DNA of 64,000 nucleotides from an uncultured Bacteroidales bacterium (GCA_903830915.1 CAIKVR010000354.1:27955-91954); one strand, 5' to 3'; shown: positions 17,919-26,911, numbered from the stretch's first letter. Made by a program: numbers and translations. The notes: generated by a model not told the origin, from the letters alone.

Positions 17919-20531
17919 ATGAAAAAGATTACTTTATTGTTCGTTATTTTTTATAGTTTGACATTACATGCACAATGGAAACAAACTGCTACAGGATTAG
18001 ACAGAATTAGAGACATATCTGTTGTAAACAACGATGTGATATGGGCAAAGGATTGGAATTACAAGTTAATATCCTACACCATCAACGGTGGCGCATCATG
18101 GATTACAAAATCTTTACCTGCCGGTTTTGAGGCGAATGCTGTCGGGGGACTATGCGCAGTGAGTGCAACAACAGCCTACTTCACATTGGGTACTGGTGGT
18201 GGAAAAGGTATTTATAAAACTAGCGATGGGGCCACTAGTTGGACAAGACAAGGGACAGCATTTAACGATACACTTTCTTTTCCCGATTTTGTTTATTTTT
18301 GGAATGAAAATGAAGGAGTGGCAGTTGGTGATGCAGTTGTAGCAAATAAATTTGAAATTTATACCACTACTGATGGTGGAGCAAAATGGAATCTTGTTTC
18401 GGGAGGCTCAATACCATCTATAAGTGGTGCTTATACTGGAAATTCGAATGGTAATTATCGAGTGCATGGGAATACAATTTATTTTATGGCTAGTGCCGGA
18501 GATATTTTAAAATCTACCGACAAAGGTTTAACATGGAGTAAAATTACAGGAATACCAGATACAGGAACAAAGAGTTTCGACTTTAAAGACGACAATAATG
18601 GTGTGTATTCTTTGACTAATGGAGCTACAATTAATTGTTATACAACCATTGATGGAGGTGCTAATTGGTTACTAAGCCCAAATCAAAGCAATATTGGATC
18701 AGTTTTTTATTCTCCATTACATAACGCCTATTTTGCGAGAAACTACTCTGGTGCGTGTGGATTGTCTTATTCTAATGATAATGGTCAGACATGGACAAAT
18801 CATCCTTCATTTTTATATGTAAATGCTTCTGACGTATTCGGATATTCTCCAACTGGCAGAGTTTTTATAGGAGGTACAGGCAGTTTGTTTTATTCCGACA
18901 ATTATAAAGGAGAAAACATTGCCGTAAAAAGTTCAAAACTTATCAATGCAAATTCAATTGATGTAAGTTACTCTCTAATTCCAGATCTTGTTACTGCAAA
19001 AGACACTTCCAATTACTCGGTATACGACATTTATAACCGAGTGAAGAAAAAATTGAAGATTAAATCAATCACACAAGATGTCACCGACAAAACGTTGTTG
19101 CATTTAATGATGAATGATAATTTACCTTCAGATACCATTGCAATAGTTATCCGGGGTATATACGATGCAACTGGAATTGCTGGTGGCAATGCAATGATTT
19201 ATAACCAACCCGGTTATATAAATGAATTTTACAACTTCAATACCGAAAAAACAGTAACTCTAACTACCGCAGGTACACTATTGACACAATTTAGTGCCGC
19301 AGAAAAAAGAACTCTTAAAAAACTAACTCTTAGCGGAATCATCGATGCTCGCGATTTTAGAATAATGAGAGACAGCTTACCACTATTAAGCCAACTTGAT
19401 TTAAGCGGAACAAAAATTGCTGAGTACACAGGATCGGAAGGAACTACCACAGATACCTATTATTATGCTGACGAAATACCTATGCAAGCATTTAATAGTG
19501 ATGTAACAGGAGGGAAGAAAAGTTTGCTTTCAGTAGTTTTGCCTAATACTCTTCTTTCGGTAAGCGATTATTCCTTTATGGAGTGTACAGGATTATCATC
19601 AATTACAATACCATCCTCGGTGTTTTATGTAGGTTCTTATGCTTTTTCATATTGTAGTGCTTTGAAAACCATAGTTCTACCTGATTCATTAGAAACTTTA
19701 TACAATTATAGTTTCTTTAATTCAGGACTTACTACGATAAATATACCAAAAAGAGTTAAAACCATTCAGCCACTTACCTTCGCAGCGAATTTCGATTTAG
19801 CTTCAATAACTGTTGATAAGGATAATGGTCGTTTTTCAACTTTAGATGGAATCTTGTTTAATAAATCACAAGACTCATTATTAATATCACCAAGTGCTAA
19901 ATCTGGTACTTATAGTATTCCTAATTCAGTGAAGTTGGTTGGTAGCTATGCATTTTATTATAATATGTACTTATCTGAAGTTTTTATACCTAATTCAGTT
20001 GAAGTATTATCATTAAAAGCATTTAAATATTGTAGTGGTTTGCAAACAGTCAGTATCGGATCATCAGTGAAATCTATTGGAATTCAATGTTTCTACAGTT
20101 GTAGGGGTTTAAAGACCATTGCTGCATTTTCACCAATTCCGGTTGATTTAGGTGATTCTACTAATGTGTTTTATAGCGTAAATAAAACTAATTGTGAATT
20201 GAGGATACCTAAAGGTTCATTGACAGCATACAAAGCAGCTAAACAATGGAAAGATTTTATAAATATGATTGAATTTAATCCTAATGATTTGAAAACCATT
20301 CAGTCAGATAAAGTCTCTATTTACCCAAATCCTGTAATTAATGATTTTCAAATAAAAGGAATAGAAGGCAAAGCCAATCTAAATGTATTTGGTATTGATG
20401 GACAGCAGTTGCTTACTCGGCAAATTACAGATAATGAAACAATTTCGGTAGGCACGTTGTCTAAAGGAATATATATGGTGAAGATTAGCAGTAAAGAAGG
20501 TGTTATTGAAAAGAAGTTAGTGAAAAACTAA
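17919..20531 (+). CDS. T9SS-secreted protein: BNR/Asp-box beta-propeller plus BspA-type (LRR_5) repeats
   Basis: Six (S/T).DGG..W-like Asp-boxes; L.SITIP.SV..IG.YAF..C LRR units; CTD ending KKLVKN. Confidence 0.9.
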   Translation: MKKITLLFVIFYSLTLHAQWKQTATGLDRIRDISVVNNDVIWAKDWNYKLISYTINGGASWITKSLPAGFEANAVGGLCAVSATTAYFTLGTGGGKGIYKTSDGATSWTRQGTAFNDTLSFPDFVYFWNENEGVAVGDAVVANKFEIYTTTDGGAKWNLVSGGSIPSISGAYTGNSNGNYRVHGNTIYFMASAGDILKSTDKGLTWSKITGIPDTGTKSFDFKDDNNGVYSLTNGATINCYTTIDGGANWLLSPNQSNIGSVFYSPLHNAYFARNYSGACGLSYSNDNGQTWTNHPSFLYVNASDVFGYSPTGRVFIGGTGSLFYSDNYKGENIAVKSSKLINANSIDVSYSLIPDLVTAKDTSNYSVYDIYNRVKKKLKIKSITQDVTDKTLLHLMMNDNLPSDTIAIVIRGIYDATGIAGGNAMIYNQPGYINEFYNFNTEKTVTLTTAGTLLTQFSAAEKRTLKKLTLSGIIDARDFRIMRDSLPLLSQLDLSGTKIAEYTGSEGTTTDTYYYADEIPMQAFNSDVTGGKKSLLSVVLPNTLLSVSDYSFMECTGLSSITIPSSVFYVGSYAFSYCSALKTIVLPDSLETLYNYSFFNSGLTTINIPKRVKTIQPLTFAANFDLASITVDKDNGRFSTLDGILFNKSQDSLLISPSAKSGTYSIPNSVKLVGSYAFYYNMYLSEVFIPNSVEVLSLKAFKYCSGLQTVSIGSSVKSIGIQCFYSCRGLKTIAAFSPIPVDLGDSTNVFYSVNKTNCELRIPKGSLTAYKAAKQWKDFINMIEFNPNDLKTIQSDKVSIYPNPVINDFQIKGIEGKANLNVFGIDGQQLLTRQITDNETISVGTLSKGIYMVKISSKEGVIEKKLVKN

Positions 20532-20552
20532 CCTATTTGTTTACAACCGAAG

Positions 20553-20590
20553 GAGGCGGAAAGTTTGAATTTTCCGCCTCTTATTTATTC
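20553..20590. terminator. Intrinsic terminator ending the T9SS array
   Basis: gaggcggaaa-loop-tttccgcctc followed by a T-rich tract, between convergent genes. Confidence 0.75.
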
Positions 20591-20604
20591 TGATTTGAGT
20601 TATT

Positions 20605-21639
20605 TTATATTACCGTCATTTCGCCACACAAGCTAATGCTTAAGCGATGTCGGATATCATCATTTTCGGGATATTCGGCCAACAGATGCATTAATTTGGT
20701 AACTATAGCCTCGGTGGTACAGTCGTAACCGCTCATTACTCCTGCAGTTACCAGATTCAGGCTGGTTTCGTAGCGTCCCATTTCCACAGAACCTGTGCTA
20801 CATTGCGATTTGTTTACGATGATTAAACCACGGTCGGTAGCTTCGCGTAAGGCATCATAAAACCATTGTCGACGTGGTGCATTTCCTGCTCCAAAACTTT
20901 CCAACACAACAGCTTTCAGGTCTGGAATATTGAGGATTGCCCTTACAGTGTGTTCAGTAATTCCCGGGAAAAGTTTCAAAATAGCTACATTAGGGTCAAT
21001 TTTAGTGCGAACACGCATGTTAGTTCCTGAATGTGGATAATGAATGTAGGTTCTGAAGTACTTGATATGAACTCCGGCTTTGGCTAAAGGTGGATAGTTG
21101 TATGAATTAAATGCGTTGAAATGTTCAGCATTTTTCTTGGTAGTACGATTACCCCGAAAAAGCGTGTCTTCAAAAAAGATACATACTTCAGGCACAATAG
21201 ATTGTCCGCTTTCTTTGGCTGTTGCAATTTCAATGGCAGTCAGCATGTTTTCCTTGGCATCCGAACGCATCATTCCAATCGGAAGTTGCGCCCCGGTGAA
21301 TATAACCGGTTTGGAAAGATTCTCGAGCATAAAACTCAGAGCAGAAGCTGTATAAGCCATTGTATCAGTACCATGAAGTACCACAAATCCATCAAACTCG
21401 TTATAATTTTCCTCAATCGTTTTGGCAAGTCGTTCCCAGATTTCTGGATGTACGTCCGATGAATCAATAAATGGGAGGAAAGGAATACATTTTATTTTAA
21501 TACCTGTTTGTTTCAATTCGGGCATATAATCCAGTAACCGGTCAAAATCAATGGGGCGTAAAGCACCCGTAGTCGGATCTTCTGACATACTGATGGTGCC
21601 ACCCGTGAAAAGTAATAAAACTGCGCTCTCTTTTTCCAC
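20605..21639 (-). CDS. ansA: L-asparaginase type I
   Basis: TGGTISM, IDSS, HGTDTMAY and TGAQLP motifs; start re-called at GTG 21639 to avoid overlap with aroK. Confidence 0.92.
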   Translation of the reverse strand: MEKESAVLLLFTGGTISMSEDPTTGALRPIDFDRLLDYMPELKQTGIKIKCIPFLPFIDSSDVHPEIWERLAKTIEENYNEFDGFVVLHGTDTMAYTASALSFMLENLSKPVIFTGAQLPIGMMRSDAKENMLTAIEIATAKESGQSIVPEVCIFFEDTLFRGNRTTKKNAEHFNAFNSYNYPPLAKAGVHIKYFRTYIHYPHSGTNMRVRTKIDPNVAILKLFPGITEHTVRAILNIPDLKAVVLESFGAGNAPRRQWFYDALREATDRGLIIVNKSQCSTGSVEMGRYETSLNLVTAGVMSGYDCTTEAIVTKLMHLLAEYPENDDIRHRLSISLCGEMTVI

Positions 21640-21742
21640 AAAAAATCTTTCTGAATTAATATGCAAAGATAGAGTAAATTTTTTCAAGAGTAATCTATTT
21701 GAGCATTTATCACTATTTTTGTACTTCAAAAAAATGAAAGAC

Positions 21743-22249
21743 ATGAATCGTATTTTTCTGATTGGATACATGGGCTCAGGCAAAACCACGATAGGTAAAT
21801 TGCTGGCAGAGCGGCTGAATTATACTTTTGTTGATATGGATACACATATTGAAGAAAAGTACTTTAAGTCTGTATCTCAGATATTTGCTGAGTTAGGTGA
21901 AAGACAATTTCGACTGTTGGAGCAACAATGTCTGCATGAAGTTTCGGAATTTGAAAATGTAGTGATTGCAACCGGTGGTGGTGCTCCCTGTTTTTTCGAC
22001 AATATGGAATACATGAATAGTCACGGTATTACAGTTTATATCAATATCACTGTTGAGCAACTTGCCATTCGTCTTGAAAACTCCCGTACAAATAAAAGAC
22101 CTTTACTGGCTAACCGAAAAGGGGAAGAACTTAACACTTTTATTGCTGAGGGGCTTGCCAAAAGGGAATCATTTTATAAAAAAGCTTATTTATCAGCAAC
22201 AGGTTCTGATGAGGAAATTCTTAATCAAATCTGTTTGAATATCCATTAG
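21743..22249 (+). CDS. aroK: Shikimate kinase
   Basis: IFLIGYMGSGKTT, D.D, GE..FR..E, ATGGG and RPLL motifs; start at 21734 or 21743. Confidence 0.95.
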   Translation: MNRIFLIGYMGSGKTTIGKLLAERLNYTFVDMDTHIEEKYFKSVSQIFAELGERQFRLLEQQCLHEVSEFENVVIATGGGAPCFFDNMEYMNSHGITVYINITVEQLAIRLENSRTNKRPLLANRKGEELNTFIAEGLAKRESFYKKAYLSATGSDEEILNQICLNIH

Positions 22250-22251
22250 GT

Positions 22252-23247
22252 ATGAATTATCTGAGTAATTTTATAAGGCTAACCTGCATATTGATTGGTT
22301 TTTCGACCAAAATAAAACTTCAGAAAAAATTTCTGCAACAATCAATTGGAAGTATTTTGACCGTAAGCAGAAAAACCAACGATGGTAGTCTGGATGAAGA
22401 TGATTTTCGGAAAATACGACTCTATGGAAGTGCAATTCCTGCCATGCTTGGTGAAACTTTCTGTACGCTTACCGGAAAAAATATGTCAGATAAAGAAAGA
22501 TTAGCTATGACATGCCTGGGTGCAATAACCGGATTGTTCGATGATTTTTTTGATAAGAAAAATATGCCTGAATCGCGCATCCGCCTTTTAATTGATAATA
22601 AAATTGAAGCAATACCTGAAAATTCAAATGAACAATTATTCATGCGGTTGAACCGGATGGCTTATGAAAATTGCACGAATAAAGATGAATTTTCAATGAA
22701 TTTCAGTAATGTTTTTGAAGGTCAGGTACAGAGTAAAAGACAATTATCCCGCGACATTGAAAATTCTGATATTAAAGACATTATCCTGTACAAAGGCGGT
22801 GTTTCGATGTTGCTTTACAGTTGTGCACTGAGTGAAAATTTAAGTGTTGCAGAAAAAAAAATTATTTTTAAATTAGGCAGTATTGGTCAGCTGGAGAACG
22901 ATATTTTTGATGTTTACAAAGATTTTAGGGAAGGTATAAAAACACTGGTAACAGAAGAAACAAAAATCAGTAACCTGCGGGAAACATACAGCGGATTAAT
23001 TGCTGAGATTTTTCAGTTAGTACGTGAAACAAGCCATTCGCAGCAAAATCAACAAAAATTTCTAAGAATTCTTACTCTGGTGCTTTGCAGAGGGTATGTT
23101 TGCTTGGACTTTTATAAAAAAACTGAAAAATTGACAAATGGTGTTTTCAAGGTATCTGCCTATTCTAAAAAGGATTTAATTTGCGATATGGAGAGACCCT
23201 CAAGTGTCTTCAGACTTTTGCATTATGCGGCCAAAATGCAGTATTGA
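22252..23247 (+). CDS. Class I isoprenoid synthase / prenyltransferase-fold protein
   Basis: LFDDFFD (DDxxD), YKGG and QLENDIFDVYKD..EGIKT (second Asp-rich motif). Confidence 0.6.
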   Translation: MNYLSNFIRLTCILIGFSTKIKLQKKFLQQSIGSILTVSRKTNDGSLDEDDFRKIRLYGSAIPAMLGETFCTLTGKNMSDKERLAMTCLGAITGLFDDFFDKKNMPESRIRLLIDNKIEAIPENSNEQLFMRLNRMAYENCTNKDEFSMNFSNVFEGQVQSKRQLSRDIENSDIKDIILYKGGVSMLLYSCALSENLSVAEKKIIFKLGSIGQLENDIFDVYKDFREGIKTLVTEETKISNLRETYSGLIAEIFQLVRETSHSQQNQQKFLRILTLVLCRGYVCLDFYKKTEKLTNGVFKVSAYSKKDLICDMERPSSVFRLLHYAAKMQY

Positions 23248-23273
23248 AAATATTCAGTTCCTATAAACTTAAT

Positions 23274-24167
23274 TTATTCAATCAAATACATTTTACCCAT
23301 TTTCTGAACGGTTTTAATAATTTTGTTTCTCAATGATTCAGGTGAAACAACTTCCACCTTATCGCCATGAAGAAAAATCTCCTGTATAAAATCAAAAGTT
23401 GGTTTTATGCGATATTCAAAAACAGCAAATTCAACTGTAGTTTCTATTTCTTGCTGTGAAGGGTGCAAAGGCAATGCACGAATGTAGTTGGCTTGTGACG
23501 AATCAAATCTCAGCTTTATTGTTTCGGCTTTTATATCTTCACCCAGAATAATACCGTAACAATCCTGAAAATAGTTTTCGGCATCAAGGCTTACAGGCAT
23601 TTTGAAACTTTGTGTAGTTACATTCATACTTTTAATACGGTCTAATGCATAAATGCGTACCTTATCACTTTTACCAATCACATACCATCGTTGTTTAAAT
23701 ACTTTCACGAAATAAGGCTCTATTTCAAATGTGGCTGCATCCGACCAATAAGACTGATAGCTTATTTCTATTTTTAGCCCATCACGCATGGCTTCAATGA
23801 TTGGAGTTAGGTACTGCTGACCTGATGGGATATTCTCAAAAACGATGCGTTCCTTTAGTTTATGACTCTCGTTTATCAGGTTATTCACAGCGAAAGTATT
23901 GATCAGCCACCGATGCACCCCGCCTCGTTCCATATCTTCGGCATGATCAATAAAGTACTCGTAGGTACTTAAATCACATTCAATGTTGATATCAAAGATT
24001 TCTTCAATGGCTATGCGATGATTATGAAAAGTCTTATTTGGAATAGGATTACCATTTGACATGGGATGTTTTATCCACTTTTGGTTAATATCATTTAGAG
24101 TTATTTTACCGTTCCTGTGAATAATATCTACCAACCATATATAGCGATTGAAGATGTTTGAAGCCAT
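23274..24167 (-). CDS. WYL-domain transcriptional regulator (wHTH-WYL-WCX)
   Basis: N-terminal RYIWLVDII...TFHNHR..IEEIF; IEPYFVK.FKQRWYVIG...YALDRI; VEVVSPESLR. Confidence 0.92.
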   Translation of the reverse strand: MASNIFNRYIWLVDIIHRNGKITLNDINQKWIKHPMSNGNPIPNKTFHNHRIAIEEIFDINIECDLSTYEYFIDHAEDMERGGVHRWLINTFAVNNLINESHKLKERIVFENIPSGQQYLTPIIEAMRDGLKIEISYQSYWSDAATFEIEPYFVKVFKQRWYVIGKSDKVRIYALDRIKSMNVTTQSFKMPVSLDAENYFQDCYGIILGEDIKAETIKLRFDSSQANYIRALPLHPSQQEIETTVEFAVFEYRIKPTFDFIQEIFLHGDKVEVVSPESLRNKIIKTVQKMGKMYLIE

Positions 24168-24249
24168 AGTTACATATCAATTAGTAGTGATTGAAAATAC
24201 AAAATATCGATAAACAAAACAATAACATAGATTGCTGATTCGGTCTGAA

Positions 24250-25110
24250 TTATTCTTCCCAAAACCGACAAAAGTCCATTTCATAACGTAGAGTAATTAT
24301 CTCTGGCTCAAAACTATTCTCTGTCTTTAGAATCAACTCAGCCATACCCAGTGTTGAATTTCCATCCTTATCTTCCGTAATATGAAAGTATTCAGGGCGA
24401 TGTAGGAAACAGAGTAAATCGGAATACTGAAAAATACTTTCCATATCAGGAAAGTCACTGTGTTCAGGACGTTTTCCGTAGAATCGGGATTCACTGTCTG
24501 TTCTGTCTTTTAATTCAAGACAAGCCACTACAGGTATATCCAGTTCCCTTGCTAATATCTTCAACGATTCAGTAACTGATTCACCTTCATTTACTTTGAT
24601 TCTGGTTATATCATCAATCAATAATACTTCTATTCCCTCAACATCTGTTAATTTGTGAGCTTGTTCACTAATTTCGGCTAAGGTAGGATTAGGTGCATCA
24701 CAGATATACAAAGGAACACTGTACAATTTTGTCTTTGCTTCATCTACCTTTTTCCATTCATCTTCGGTGAGTTTAGCACTGAGTAATTTATCACGCTTTA
24801 TTCCCGTCAGATTCATCAGAAGCCTTTGAACCAGTTGTTCACAAGAATACTTCATACTGAAAAAAGCTATTGGAGTCTCATTATCTGACAGCATTTTTAA
24901 TGCCATTGAAATCAACAGTTTGTCTAACCCCATTTTCTCATATCCGGCAATTAAGATTAATTCTGAATTTTGCCAACCGGAAGTAAGTTTATCCAAAGTC
25001 CGTAAAGATGTCGATATACCATATACACCATCCTCCGATTCAGAAGCTGAATGTAGGTTCAGAATAACGGTATCTAAAACTGAACTTATTTGTTTTATTT
25101 TATTATCCAT
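24250..25110 (-). CDS. DnaB-helicase C-terminal-domain homolog with degenerate catalytic motifs
   Basis: GIST....LDKLTSGWQNSELILIAG, AFFSM...EQL.QRL, LKILARELDIPVV and FLHRPEY match DnaB_C; Walker A reads GYEKMGLD. Start re-called at MDNKIK. Confidence 0.8.
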   Translation of the reverse strand: MDNKIKQISSVLDTVILNLHSASESEDGVYGISTSLRTLDKLTSGWQNSELILIAGYEKMGLDKLLISMALKMLSDNETPIAFFSMKYSCEQLVQRLLMNLTGIKRDKLLSAKLTEDEWKKVDEAKTKLYSVPLYICDAPNPTLAEISEQAHKLTDVEGIEVLLIDDITRIKVNEGESVTESLKILARELDIPVVACLELKDRTDSESRFYGKRPEHSDFPDMESIFQYSDLLCFLHRPEYFHITEDKDGNSTLGMAELILKTENSFEPEIITLRYEMDFCRFWEE

Positions 25111-25134
25111 AACTAGGTCAAGATGAAATACAGG

Positions 25135-25151
25135 TGTGCAGAAACATGACA
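25135..25151. promoter_or_regulatory. Candidate operator TGTGYA-N5-ATGRCA, site 1
   Basis: tgtgca-gaaac-atgaca, 25 nt upstream of the dnaB-like ATG; recurs at 26867 and 26895. Confidence 0.55.
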
Positions 25152-25198
25152 AAACTAAAAAATCAATTGCCTGAAAATTTTTTATTCAGGCAATTGAT
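25151..25198 (-). terminator. Intrinsic terminator after the UDG-like gene
   Basis: 14-bp stem atcaattgcctgaa/ttcaggcaattgat followed by a T-tract on the minus strand. Confidence 0.8.
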
Positions 25199-25234
25199 CA
25201 TAATTCTTTATAGTAAAGATCTGACATTTACAAT

Positions 25235-25837
25235 TTATTGTTCTAAAGCTGCTTTTATTATCTTGTGCCAATAATCCCATGAAAATCCAGATGAAGGGTG
25301 CTGGATTGCATACATTCTGACTTGATGACCATTTTTCAAAGTGTAAGTCCAACATTTATTGTACGGAATATTATCAATACTTAATGGGATGCCATCTTTT
25401 CCACTACCTCCGGGTAGAGCTGTAAATAATCTTTGCCCCCAAGCAATAATAACATCTGGTTGATAAGACTCTAACACTTCCATGAATGGTTCAAAATATT
25501 TTTCATATAATCCATAATCAAAATCGGCTCTCGGTCCGGATAATGCTTCTTGTATGTAGTTATAAAATAGTATTGAATGCCAAAATTCATCCCTTTCTGT
25601 TTGATTTAATACTTTGTTAAAAACAGATCGTTCAAATTTAGTAAAAGTATTCATCCAACCAGCAAAATCTGTATTGGAATCGAGAAATGTTTCAACTACT
25701 TCTAATGTATCATTTGAAGTCGCATCGCCTTTATTTTCAAGATAATGACTATCTCCCAATACCATAACTTTCTTACCTAAGTTACCACCAGTTTCATAAT
25801 TTTTACCAACCCAAGGTTTAAAAAAAACATTTTCCAT
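25235..25837 (-). CDS. Uracil-DNA-glycosylase-superfamily protein
   Basis: FKPWVGKNY, VLGDSHY, FYNYIQ, PDVIIAWG and QHPSS motifs. Confidence 0.65.
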   Translation of the reverse strand: MENVFFKPWVGKNYETGGNLGKKVMVLGDSHYLENKGDATSNDTLEVVETFLDSNTDFAGWMNTFTKFERSVFNKVLNQTERDEFWHSILFYNYIQEALSGPRADFDYGLYEKYFEPFMEVLESYQPDVIIAWGQRLFTALPGGSGKDGIPLSIDNIPYNKCWTYTLKNGHQVRMYAIQHPSSGFSWDYWHKIIKAALEQ

Positions 25838-25963
25838 ATTTCTATTACATTTATTCTGCTTACTTCAACAAGGCATCAGCACTCCTTTAATAATTAGCAC
25901 AAATATAAACTAAATTTCAATAATAACACCTTATAAATAAGCTAATTGAATGTTAAATGAATT

Positions 25964-26821
25964 TCATGCTTTTTTGCAGGTTTCACTCCCTTGAGCTTTC
26001 AAAAAATCATGAATTCTTAAAGAATCTTCTTCACTTAAAGGAACATTTTTCTCACTTATCATATCTTCAATATTAAGTTCTTTGTCGGTTGAATTTTGAT
26101 TAGAAGCTAATCCATTTTCTGCGAAGTTTAGCCAATGTACCTCTATCTCATTTCTGAGACTTTTTATCCGTATAATATCCGAATAAGAATGATTGGAATG
26201 ACAAAAAAGTGCATGTGACGCATAACAGAAATATGGGATATGTTGCAATTCTGGCGCACTAAGTTCTTCAATATCCCAGTTGAGATTAAGCATATTATCC
26301 TGATAACGTTGATCGTCAGTTTCGTTAGATTCCGTATTCTCCTTGTCGTGAAAGTAAAAACTACGTAAGGGCATGGTCAGTGTCTCGTCTAATACCTCTA
26401 CCATTGCCTGATAATCAGATTGTCCTTCATTTTCATCTTCATCAATCACTAAAATAGAATCTTCATCATAAAATTCAATGGTCAAGTTGGCCTCAATATC
26501 ATAATCATCCAAAAAATCATCACCCGCTGCTTTTATTGCCTGCATTTGTCGGTCGAGTTGTTCGGTTTTCTTTAATAATTTCGTAGTAGCATCAATGAGT
26601 AACTGATTCACCTTTTCTAATTTCACTACCTGAGCAGCTGAAAATTTGAAATTCTTGTTCAACTTACTTTTCCGGGACCAAAGGCAGATATATATTTTCC
26701 ATTTTGCCATTTCATTGCTTTTCAAAAATGCGGGGTAAAGTTTATGTATCTCCTTTTCCAATTTAGGAATAGACATTTCCTTCACTTTCTCGAAGTATTT
26801 ATCTACTTGTTTTGTTGACAT
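25964..26821 (-). CDS. Hypothetical protein with basic N-terminus and very acidic core
   Basis: 285-aa ORF with its own TATCTTTG promoter motif; no family recognised. Confidence 0.7.
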   Translation of the reverse strand: MSTKQVDKYFEKVKEMSIPKLEKEIHKLYPAFLKSNEMAKWKIYICLWSRKSKLNKNFKFSAAQVVKLEKVNQLLIDATTKLLKKTEQLDRQMQAIKAAGDDFLDDYDIEANLTIEFYDEDSILVIDEDENEGQSDYQAMVEVLDETLTMPLRSFYFHDKENTESNETDDQRYQDNMLNLNWDIEELSAPELQHIPYFCYASHALFCHSNHSYSDIIRIKSLRNEIEVHWLNFAENGLASNQNSTDKELNIEDMISEKNVPLSEEDSLRIHDFLKAQGSETCKKA

Positions 26822-26847
26822 ATTTGGTTGATTTTATTTATTCGTTG

Positions 26848-26911
26848 CAAAGATAAGATTCAGCTATGCCATAACATTACACAACTACATTAAATGTGCA
26901 ACTTTATGACA
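26848..26911. promoter_or_regulatory. Minus-strand -7 element plus two inverted TGTGYA-N5-ATGRCA sites
   Basis: TATCTTTG (minus, 26855-26848); tgtgta-atgtt-atggca (minus, 26883-26867); tgtgca-acttt-atgaca (plus, 26895-26911). Confidence 0.55.

Noticed and set aside
7871-20531. Diversity-generating retroelement (template/variable repeat) at the repeated 3' ends
   Set aside because: Differences between copies are not adenine-specific and no reverse transcriptase is present.
21551-21789. Apparent head-to-head overlap of ansA and aroK
   Set aside because: Artefact of longest-ORF calling; family motifs place the starts at ~21639 (minus) and ~21743 (plus).
24250-25110. The replicative dnaB gene or a prophage replication gene
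   Set aside because: Lacks the N-terminal domain and catalytic residues, and no phage genes are nearby.
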